In this document: in pieces, positions 25,567 to 32,108 of the stretch
Layout of the letters: every line of letters begins with the position of its first letter
Position numbering within the stretch: the stretch's first letter is position 1
Source of the DNA: an uncultured Pseudomonadota bacterium
GTDB lineage: Bacteria > Pseudomonadota > Alphaproteobacteria > RF32 > CAG-239
Length of the DNA stretch: 34,968 bases
Assembly: GCA_949283275.1 (NCBI GenBank)
Contig: CASDRW010000126.1
Coordinates: 1-34,968 of the forward strand
Direction of reading: 5' to 3'
Program-made: the position numbers and the translations under genes
Notes under the pieces: model-generated
Seen by the model: the letters and a program-made list of their open reading frames with translations, nothing else
Told to the model about the DNA's origin: nothing
The model's database searches: none

Positions 25567-25979
25567 AAGAACTTATTGCTAAAATAAAACTGCTTGATTT
25601 TGGTATTACCGGGGATGAGCTAAGTCCCTCGGCCATAATACATGAGCAATCATCGCTCAAATCTTGCGGCTTTCCGCAAATTCCCGATGAAGTTCTAAAT
25701 TTTTTAAAATATTACAACGGTTTTTTAGCCGAAGACCGGTGTATTTTCGGTATTGATATCAAAAAGCATTTTCTTTATGACATTTTGGGCGAAAACGTTA
25801 CTGCCGAAAACCCAAACCCCAACGACATACTGCTTTTAGGCACAACCGCAACCACCTGCATTGCATGGCGTACCTCAAAACAAGATTATTTGCTGATTGA
25901 CAAATCAACCTTCATGGTGCTACATAAATTCAAAGATTTCAAACAAGCAGTAAAGTACATATTAAAAATCGATGACTAA
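25563..25979 (+). CDS. SUKH (SMI1/KNR4)-like putative immunity protein
   Basis: The 138-aa ORF has the pattern IPDEVLNFLKYYNGF...IFGI...LLLG typical of SUKH-1 proteins. Its start overlaps the HNH stop (ATGA), and its stop overlaps the tsaC start by 8 nt. Confidence 0.55.
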   Translation: MKELIAKIKLLDFGITGDELSPSAIIHEQSSLKSCGFPQIPDEVLNFLKYYNGFLAEDRCIFGIDIKKHFLYDILGENVTAENPNPNDILLLGTTATTCIAWRTSKQDYLLIDKSTFMVLHKFKDFKQAVKYILKIDD

Positions 25980-26922
25980 TATTTTTGCCTATACGCCAAA
26001 AACTCTGGCCCAAGCGGCTCAAACCATCAAAGACGGCGGCCTGGTTGCCTTTCCGACCGAAACGGTCTATGGCTTGGGCGCCAATGTTTTCAATTCTCGC
26101 GCCGTTGCCAATATTTTTGCCGCCAAAGGACGTCCCACATTTAATCCTTTGATATCACACATTGCCGAGGTTGCCACTCTTGAAGAACTGGCCGTCCCTG
26201 ACAGCCGCGTAAAAGCTTTGGCCCGTCATTTTTGGCCCGGTCCCTTAACTTTTGTGGTCAAACGCAAAGACCTATCGCCCTCGCTTGACTTGGTCTGTGC
26301 CGGTCTCAAAACCATGAGTGTGCGTATGCCCAACCACCCAATTGCCCTGGAGTTAATCAAAGCATCTGGTGTGCCGATTGCAGCCCCCTCAGCCAATCGC
26401 TCGCAAAGCATTTCTCCCACCACAGCTCGTCATGTTTATGAAAGTTTGGGCACAAAAGTTGATATGATACTTGACGGCGGAGCTTGCAAAGTCGGTGTAG
26501 AATCAACCATCATCGACCTCACCACCAAAGACATTGTTTTGCTCCGTGCCGGCGGCCTGGCCAAAGAAGATATCGAGGAATTTTTGGGCGAGAAGGTTAT
26601 CATATCTCACGGCAACCCAGATCAACCGTCTTCTCCGGGGCAAATGCTCAGACACTATGCTCCAAAATTGCCCATGCGCATCAATGTTCCCGCCACAGAG
26701 AGGAAAGAAGATGAGTTTTACATTGGCTTTGGCGCCCAAGACGGCAATTTAAATTTAAGCAAAAGCGGCAACCTTACAGAGGCCGCCGCCAATTTATTTG
26801 CCTTTATGCACTTGGCCGAGGAACAAAGCGAATATAAGTCAATTGCCATGGCGCCAATTCCCGAGATTGGCTTAGGCCTTGCCATCAACGACCGTATCCG
26901 CCGCGCCTCCTACCGCAAATAA
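25972..26922 (+). CDS. tsaC: L-threonylcarbamoyladenylate synthase (Sua5/TsaC type, with a C-terminal Sua5 domain)
   Basis: The YrdC-domain motifs are FPTETVYGLGAN, AAKGRPTFNPLISH and APSANRS. At 316 aa, the length fits the long Sua5 form. Confidence 0.88.
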   Translation: MTNIFAYTPKTLAQAAQTIKDGGLVAFPTETVYGLGANVFNSRAVANIFAAKGRPTFNPLISHIAEVATLEELAVPDSRVKALARHFWPGPLTFVVKRKDLSPSLDLVCAGLKTMSVRMPNHPIALELIKASGVPIAAPSANRSQSISPTTARHVYESLGTKVDMILDGGACKVGVESTIIDLTTKDIVLLRAGGLAKEDIEEFLGEKVIISHGNPDQPSSPGQMLRHYAPKLPMRINVPATERKEDEFYIGFGAQDGNLNLSKSGNLTEAAANLFAFMHLAEEQSEYKSIAMAPIPEIGLGLAINDRIRRASYRK

Positions 26923-26925
26923 GCA

Positions 26926-27459
26926 TCAGTTAGCTTCAATAAACACCACATCTTTAGACATTTTGTATTCTATCAGCTGCAAAATACCAAACATAATGGC
27001 ATATAATCCCACCACGGTTGATATTGTAATGGCGCCAACCATAGGATAAGCCAAAATAACCAAGCCAAAGATTATTCCAACTCCTCCCATTATTGCCGAC
27101 CATCCCCAAGGAAAGCCAAACTTTTTAATCTCAAACGCGCCGATAATCTGAATAACACCCACCGCCAAACTCCACAAAGCCAAAATAATCGGCAAACTTG
27201 CGGCGGTAACACCAAGGTTAAAAATCAGAATTAACCCCACCAAAACATCCAAAGCGCCAACCAGCAAATACCACCCGGATTTAACATTTATCGAGGCCAT
27301 CATATAAAAAGCCCCCACCAACAAAAAGCCAAGACCGACATAAAAAGCCAAAGCCAACATGGTGCCAAACGGATTAAACCACACCAATAATCCCAAAATT
27401 ATCATGGCAATACCGGCAATCAAATTCCACTTGGCATTTTTAAGTTTTAATGCAACCAT
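26926..27459 (-). CDS. HdeD/DUF308-family small membrane protein
   Basis: The 177-aa protein has six predicted TM segments with the repeated G-x-x-x-G-rich pattern typical of DUF308. A GGGAGA SD is present. Confidence 0.65.
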   Translation of the reverse strand: MVALKLKNAKWNLIAGIAMIILGLLVWFNPFGTMLALAFYVGLGFLLVGAFYMMASINVKSGWYLLVGALDVLVGLILIFNLGVTAASLPIILALWSLAVGVIQIIGAFEIKKFGFPWGWSAIMGGVGIIFGLVILAYPMVGAITISTVVGLYAIMFGILQLIEYKMSKDVVFIEAN

Positions 27460-27516
27460 ATATTTTCTCCCTATAAATTATCTTCACATATTATATAGTT
27501 GCTTCAAGTCCCGATT

Positions 27517-28716
27517 TCAAATTCTCATTCTGGCTTTTAACTCTTCTTTGTGTTGTAAATACCTGTCCCAGTGAAATACTGCAGCCCCCCACAAAGCCGA
27601 CAATAATGAACCGCATAGAATGCCCAAGCGGATTTCTTCCTGCATACTATCTGGCAAAGACAATTTACCTACAAACAACGCCATGGTAAACCCGATTCCT
27701 GCAACCGAGGCCACGCCATAAATATCCAACGTTCTCACTTCCTTAGGAAATTCGGCGATTTTTGCTTTCATCAACAACCATGTCATACCAAAAATTCCGA
27801 TTTGCTTACCCAGGAACAATCCCAAGATGATGCCGATTGTCAGTGTATGGGTAAAAGTTTCATAAGTAACATTGCCCAAATACAAGCCTGCCGAGGCAAA
27901 AGCAAACACTGGCAAAATAACCAAATCGACCCAGGGTTTTAATTTATGTATCATATGCTCCAAGGGCGAATATTGTTTTCTGGTAACTCTCATCGGATAG
28001 GCCATGGCAACAACCACACCGGCGATTGTCGTATGTATGCCGCCATTTAAGAAACAATACCACAAAGCCACTCCCAAAATAAGATATGGCGTAAAATTAG
28101 TAATCTGCATTTTATTAACCAAATACAACAAAATACAGGCAAGACTGGCATATCCCAACAGATCAACTGACACCCCTTGATTATAGAACAAAGCAATAAT
28201 GATAATTGCGCCCAAATCATCAAAGATAGCAATTGCCAGCAAAAATATCTTAACCGCCTGGGGTATGCCCTTCCCGACCAGCATCAACACACAAATGGCA
28301 AAAGCAATATCGGTTGCGGTAGGAATAGCCCAACCGTTCATATATTGCGGTTCGCCGTGGTTAATCAGGGCATAGATAATTGCCGGACAAACAATTCCGC
28401 CCAAAGCCGCCAAAGCCGGCACCAAAATTTGTTTAGGATCAGACAAAAATCCCTCTTTTATTTCTTTTTTAAGCTCAAACCCGATTTGCAAGAAAAAGAA
28501 CACCATCAACACGTCATTAATCCACCAATCCAACGGTCTGGAGAACTTAATATCGGACACGCCGACAAACAATCTGGTATTCCAAAAATTTTCGATTGGC
28601 TCACGCCATGGGCTATTGGCAAACAATATTGAAGCAAACATAGCCACAATCATTAAAATACCGCTGGTCATTTCGTTGTTAATCAATTTTTCAAACCATT
28701 CCCTGATTCTTGTCAT
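27517..28716 (-). CDS. nhaA: Na+/H+ antiporter NhaA
   Basis: FFFLQIGFELKKE and AIFDDLGAIIIIA motifs are present. The protein has about 12 TM segments and a GAGGTAG SD. Confidence 0.9.
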   Translation of the reverse strand: MTRIREWFEKLINNEMTSGILMIVAMFASILFANSPWREPIENFWNTRLFVGVSDIKFSRPLDWWINDVLMVFFFLQIGFELKKEIKEGFLSDPKQILVPALAALGGIVCPAIIYALINHGEPQYMNGWAIPTATDIAFAICVLMLVGKGIPQAVKIFLLAIAIFDDLGAIIIIALFYNQGVSVDLLGYASLACILLYLVNKMQITNFTPYLILGVALWYCFLNGGIHTTIAGVVVAMAYPMRVTRKQYSPLEHMIHKLKPWVDLVILPVFAFASAGLYLGNVTYETFTHTLTIGIILGLFLGKQIGIFGMTWLLMKAKIAEFPKEVRTLDIYGVASVAGIGFTMALFVGKLSLPDSMQEEIRLGILCGSLLSALWGAAVFHWDRYLQHKEELKARMRI

Positions 28717-28773
28717 TTTCTACCTCTGCACTATACAATTTTGGAGCAATTTTAAATCATCAACGGTTAATAT

Positions 28774-28810
28774 TTAATAAAAGAAACCGCCTTTTAAAGG
28801 CGGTTTCTTC
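28774..28810 (-). terminator. Intrinsic terminator of the ECF-sigma operon
   Basis: The stem GAAACCGCC/GGCGGTTTC is followed on the minus strand by TTTTATT. Confidence 0.75.
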
Positions 28811-28825
28811 AAGGTTTTGTCCCGA

Positions 28826-29140
28826 CTAATCGACATAAATAATTTTATCTGTCGGATTGTCAACACATTTTTGCGTAACCTTTCCGGTTTTACGTGATAC
28901 AATGGTATAGCATTCGGGCTCCGGTTCATAAATATATACTCTTTTTCTGTGGTGTTTACGCACCGGTTTATTTATAAGCTCGTTGGCAATCATAACGCCA
29001 GCCGTGGTGCTGATAATTCCGGTTGCCACATCGGCGGCATAACAACAATCATCATGCCAGTGGCGATGCTTATACCATCTTGCCTCGGCATTTGGCGTTG
29101 CTATCATCAAGGCCGGAAGAAACAACGGCAAATATTTCAT
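28826..29140 (-). CDS. Small secreted His/Cys-containing protein of unknown function
   Basis: The signal peptide is MKYLPLFLPALMIATPNAEA. The mature part starts RWYKHRHWHDDCCY and contains 4 Cys. It is the last gene of the operon, 2 nt after the previous stop. Confidence 0.6.
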   Translation of the reverse strand: MKYLPLFLPALMIATPNAEARWYKHRHWHDDCCYAADVATGIISTTAGVMIANELINKPVRKHHRKRVYIYEPEPECYTIVSRKTGKVTQKCVDNPTDKIIYVD

Positions 29141-29142
29141 TT

Positions 29143-29598
29143 TTATTCTCCCTCAACCGGAGCCGGAGGCAACGGCTCATCACCCGGCATCGGAGCTTCG
29201 TGTCTTGGATGATGTTTTGGCCCCAAGCGGCGATGATCACCCGGACGCGGAGGTTTAGGCCCTTTGTGTTGTTTCATTTCATCAAATATTTTCTTTTGCT
29301 CAGGCGTCAAGATTTTTTCAAACTCTTCCATGTTTTCCTTGCGCACCTGTTCCATTTCCTCGCGCAAAAGTTTTCTTTCGTTCATCAAAGGCTCCATCTT
29401 TTTGCGGCCTTCTTCTCTGATTTTCTCGGCTTGTTGTTTTTGCTCCTCTGTCAGGTTAAGTCTCTTAGCCAAAGGCTCTTCCATACGCACAGGTCCCGGC
29501 CCCATAGGCGCTTCATTTGGCAAAGGCTGCGCTGCGGCCCAGGTGGCAGAAAGTGTTAAAACAGTAGCACAAACGGCAGTTAACAACATTTTTTTCAT
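29143..29598 (-). CDS. Spy/CpxP-family (LTxxQ) periplasmic protein with a Pro/His-rich tail
   Basis: A signal peptide and two LTxxQ motifs (LNLTEEQ and ILTPEQ) are present. The tail reads HKGPKPPRPGDHRRLGPKHHPRH. An AAGGAG SD sits within the end of the sigma gene. Confidence 0.7.
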   Translation of the reverse strand: MKKMLLTAVCATVLTLSATWAAAQPLPNEAPMGPGPVRMEEPLAKRLNLTEEQKQQAEKIREEGRKKMEPLMNERKLLREEMEQVRKENMEEFEKILTPEQKKIFDEMKQHKGPKPPRPGDHRRLGPKHHPRHEAPMPGDEPLPPAPVEGE

Positions 29599-30096
29599 TT
29601 ATTTTTCTCCTTGTAAAAATTTAAGTTTCTCAGCCAAAATTTTTCTTCCGTTATGAAGTCGCGATTTAATCGTCCCTTCAGGTTCTTTGAGTTTTGCGGC
29701 AATTTGCTCAATGGTATAGTCCTCAAATTCAAACAAGACAATAACCTTGCGCATTTTGGCAGGCAACGCATCTACTGCTTTCAAAATAATTTTTTGCCTA
29801 GCTTTGGCATCAATAATTTTTTCTTGCACCGGCTGCACGGATTTGTTTTGCAAAACCTCCTCGGCAGCCAGCTCCAGTTTTTGATGTTTATATGCTTTGG
29901 ACTTAAAATAGTCTTTGCATACATTGGCGGCAATTTGGGCAATCCATGCCGATATTTTGCCTTTTTCCTCATAATTTTGAAGATTGCGCCAAGTTTTAAT
30001 ATAAACCTCTTGCTCCAAATCTTCATTATAAGCTCCGGTTATTTTTCTGATAACCGCCTTAACGACGCCTTTATTTTGCTCAATTATTTCTTTCAT
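29599..30096 (-). CDS. ECF-type sigma-70 family RNA polymerase sigma factor
   Basis: The 165-aa ORF has a region 2 segment (EDLEQEVYIKTWRNL...WIAQIAANVCKDY) and a region 4 HTH (YTIEQIAAKLKEPEGTIKSRLHNGRKIL). Confidence 0.85.
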   Translation of the reverse strand: MKEIIEQNKGVVKAVIRKITGAYNEDLEQEVYIKTWRNLQNYEEKGKISAWIAQIAANVCKDYFKSKAYKHQKLELAAEEVLQNKSVQPVQEKIIDAKARQKIILKAVDALPAKMRKVIVLFEFEDYTIEQIAAKLKEPEGTIKSRLHNGRKILAEKLKFLQGEK

Positions 30097-30351
30097 TTAC
30101 CCCACCAACAGCAATCCGTAGTCATCAACCGGCAGCCCCAAATTTTCGACATAAGTTGTCGTATTCGAGGCCTCTGTATATCCCAAATCCCAGTAATAAT
30201 ATAATTCCGAGGTTTGTTTTTCAGGGATGAAAGCAAAAAGCAAAAAAGCGCAAGCCAGAGCCGCCAAACCGGCTTTAATCCGGTTATTGCGTTTTTTTCT
30301 GGCCCAATATAAAGGCTTTGCTTCTTTAATCAGATCGGAAATATCTTGCAT
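30097..30351 (-). CDS. Small single-pass membrane protein, possibly an anti-sigma factor or regulator
   Basis: The ATG at 30351 (MQDISDLIKEAK...) follows an AAGGAG SD. One TM helix is present (AGLAALACAFLLFAFI). Its stop abuts the sigma gene ATG. Confidence 0.5.
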   Translation of the reverse strand: MQDISDLIKEAKPLYWARKKRNNRIKAGLAALACAFLLFAFIPEKQTSELYYYWDLGYTEASNTTTYVENLGLPVDDYGLLLVG

Positions 30352-30376
30352 ATTAACTCCTTTCATACCACTTAAA

Positions 30377-30400
30377 ACGATGTTAAAACAAAAAAGGTTC
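30377..30400 (-). promoter_or_regulatory. Candidate ECF-type promoter (GAAC-N17-CGT) upstream of the sigma operon
   Basis: The minus strand reads TGAACC-TTTTTTGTTTTAACAT-CGTTT, about 25 nt upstream of the SD of the first operon gene. Confidence 0.4.
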
Positions 30401-30426
30401 ATTTTTAATTAAAAAAATTTTTTTGG

Positions 30427-30455
30427 TTGCAATTTAAAATCAGTTGGTATATACA
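30427..30455 (+). promoter_or_regulatory. Sigma70-type promoter of tRNA-Gln (TTGCAA-N17-TATACA)
   Basis: The hexamers are spaced 17 bp apart, and the -10 lies about 24 nt upstream of the mature tRNA 5' end. Confidence 0.5.
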
Positions 30456-30478
30456 CATTTTCACCAAGAAACTATCAT

Positions 30479-30552
30479 TGCGCTATCGTCTAATGGTAGG
30501 ACAGCGGACTCTGACTCCGTTAATCGTGGTTCGAATCCATGTAGCGCAGCCA
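30479..30552 (+). tRNA. tRNA-Gln (anticodon CTG), CCA encoded
   Basis: The acceptor stem is TGCGCTA/TAGCGCA. The anticodon loop is CTCTGAC, the T-loop is GGTTCGAATCC, and the discriminator G is followed by CCA. Confidence 0.88.
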
Positions 30553-30571
30553 ATAAAAAACACCCCCTTTG
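30534..30571 (+). repeat. Direct repeat copy 1 (38 bp: tRNA-Gln 3' end plus the first half of its terminator)
   Basis: AATCCATGTAGCGCAGCCAATAAAAAACACCCCCTTTG is identical to 30706-30743. Confidence 0.85.
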
Positions 30572-30583
30572 GGGTGTTTTTTT
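30555..30583 (+). terminator. Intrinsic terminator of tRNA-Gln
   Basis: The sequence is AAAAAACACCCC-CTTT-GGGGTGTTTTTTT. Confidence 0.8.
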
Positions 30584-30680
30584 GTTGGCTGAAATACATC
30601 GGATGAGAATCACGATTGTGGTTCGGATTCACCTCTGCCGCATTTGTGGCAGAGGTGAACGCTGAAAGCCCCGCTAGGGG

Positions 30681-30724
30681 TGCGCTATGGCTTTGCCGTG
30701 CGCACAATCCATGTAGCGCAGCCA
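30681..30724 (+). pseudogene. Truncated tRNA-Gln-like fragment (5' acceptor strand fused to the T-loop/3' acceptor strand)
   Basis: TGCGCTATGG matches 9 of 10 positions of the tRNA 5' end. After about 15 nt it joins directly to AATCCATGTAGCGCAGCCA. No D arm or anticodon arm is present. Confidence 0.55.
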
Positions 30725-30743
30725 ATAAAAAACACCCCCTTTG
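30706..30743 (+). repeat. Direct repeat copy 2 (att-like duplicate of the tRNA-Gln 3' end)
   Basis: It is an exact 38-bp copy. It lacks the second half of the terminator stem. Confidence 0.85.
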
Positions 30744-30812
30744 AACTGAACTGTCCCCCAAAAATTGGACAAGTAAAAAAGTCCCAGGGGAAAGTTAAAT
30801 GGAATTAAGCAA

Positions 30813-31238
30813 ATGGCATCGGCGCATATTACAGCCAAAGATTTACAGGATTATATCTGCTCTCGTTCTCAAGCTAGCCCCAAAAAATCAGCCAAAAACA
30901 AACAAATAACCAAACACTCGCATCTCATTGTTGATTCAACCGGCCGCATTATCGGGCTCAATCAATTTCTTACCAAAGAAGGCGCCGAAATACTGCTTAA
31001 TAGCACGTCAAATAATATTTTTCCAAAAGTAAATCAAAAAAAACACTTGACCATCACAATTTTTTTTCCTAGCCTAAAGGGTAGAATTTTTTATAAAGGT
31101 CAACAAAATGTTTTTAACTATTGCCAAACAGCTCAAGTGCAAACGTCAGGAGTATGGATTCCCGTCGTAGCTGTTTTCATGTGTTTAAAACATTTTGCTC
31201 AAAACGGGATTTGTCAGATCCCGTTTTTTTTATTTTAA
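30813..31238 (+). CDS. Doubtful ORF or decayed gene (141 aa, no motif)
   Basis: The frame is open but contains A8 and T8 homopolymer runs, has no SD, and its C-terminus is encoded by a terminator hairpin. Confidence 0.2.
   Translation: MASAHITAKDLQDYICSRSQASPKKSAKNKQITKHSHLIVDSTGRIIGLNQFLTKEGAEILLNSTSNNIFPKVNQKKHLTITIFFPSLKGRIFYKGQQNVFNYCQTAQVQTSGVWIPVVAVFMCLKHFAQNGICQIPFFLF
31201..31231 (+). terminator. Intrinsic terminator (ACGGGAT-TTGTCAG-ATCCCGT plus T8)
   Basis: A 7-bp stem is followed by TTTTTTTT. It lies 38 nt upstream of the next ATG. Confidence 0.7.
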
Positions 31239-31268
31239 TCAGAAAAATTTTAACCCCGAAAGAAAGAA

Positions 31269-32108
31269 ATGAATACCCTAAGAACATATACCCTAAACGG
31301 CCAAACAGTATGGCAAGGACAACTTAACAAAATCAACGGCCAACATCTTCCCCAACCGACAGGCTACATTATTCGCCCGCTTCATCGAGGAGACGCCTCA
31401 TCCATGGGCGAATTATCGGCTGACATTTATCGTCATCTCAATCCCGGCGAAGAGTGTTTCATTCACCAACATCAACAATCTTATTACCATTCGGTTTTTG
31501 ACAACCCTGACATTCATTATATCGGCATTTTCAAGTCTAATCGGCTCATTGGCATGTCAAGCCTAAAGCTATGCCGCAGTCAAGAAGATTTTGCTGCCGA
31601 AATTCCGGGCAGTCCGATAAATTTTTCCGCCCGCCGCAATTCTTTGGTTGCCGCTTTGGGAGCTGATTGTGTATTACCCGAATATCGCGGCAACTCGCTT
31701 AACAAAATAATGATATCTTGCCGTCTGCAAATGGCCAAAGCCTCTGGCTGCACCGATGCCGCCTCCATTATTGACCGCCACAATCATTGGAATATGCCGC
31801 CATATTTTGGCAACGGATTCAACATGTACGCCACCGGAGTTGACCCCGAAGACGGCGGAAAGATAGCTCTTATGCATCATTCCATAAACAATCCATCATC
31901 CTCTCTCAACCGACAACCGGGCATCAGCGTCCCCCACGACCGTTTTAACCTGATTGACACCCTTATCTCCAAAGGATATGCCGGCCGCAACTATAATCCC
32001 TCCGACGGCAAAATAACCTTTACCCCGGCACCCGAATATCAGAGCCTTGCCCTCACCAAACCCAACATATTTACTTTTGCTGTTTTCAAAGGACTAAGCC
32101 ATGTTTAA
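31269..32108 (+). CDS. GNAT-like acyltransferase-fold protein (279 aa)
   Basis: The motif A-like segment CVLPEYRGNSLNKIMISCRLQMAKASG is preceded by beta-strand-like IGIFKSNRLIGMSSL. Its stop overlaps the next ATG. Confidence 0.5.
   Translation: MNTLRTYTLNGQTVWQGQLNKINGQHLPQPTGYIIRPLHRGDASSMGELSADIYRHLNPGEECFIHQHQQSYYHSVFDNPDIHYIGIFKSNRLIGMSSLKLCRSQEDFAAEIPGSPINFSARRNSLVAALGADCVLPEYRGNSLNKIMISCRLQMAKASGCTDAASIIDRHNHWNMPPYFGNGFNMYATGVDPEDGGKIALMHHSINNPSSSLNRQPGISVPHDRFNLIDTLISKGYAGRNYNPSDGKITFTPAPEYQSLALTKPNIFTFAVFKGLSHV

Noticed and set aside
27470-27500. A dif-like XerCD site (CACATATTATATAG) between nhaA and the hdeD-like gene.
   Set aside because: It has only a short AT-rich resemblance to the central region of dif, and the flanking Xer-binding arms do not match.
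30352-30402. The longer 101-aa version of the first gene in the ECF operon.
   Set aside because: Its ATG lies upstream of the candidate ECF promoter and lacks an SD. The internal ATG at 30351 has a perfect AAGGAG 6 nt upstream.
30611-30657. Circularly permuted tRNA or two-piece tmRNA gene (a T-arm-like GTGGTTCGGATTCAC followed by hairpin CACCTCTGCC/GGCAGAGGTG, read as a 3'-then-5' acceptor).
   Set aside because: The hairpin has no CCA, no G3:U pair and no D arm or anticodon arm downstream. It is better explained as a degraded tRNA-Gln fragment next to a plain hairpin.
31140-31165. A possible fourth, internally deleted copy of the dispersed element, sharing AAACGTCAG and GATTCCCGT with copy A.
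   Set aside because: Only two 9-mers match, with different spacing and no conservation of the flanks or the terminator sequence. This is within what chance could give in a 35-kb AT-rich window. It should be re-examined with a covariance model.
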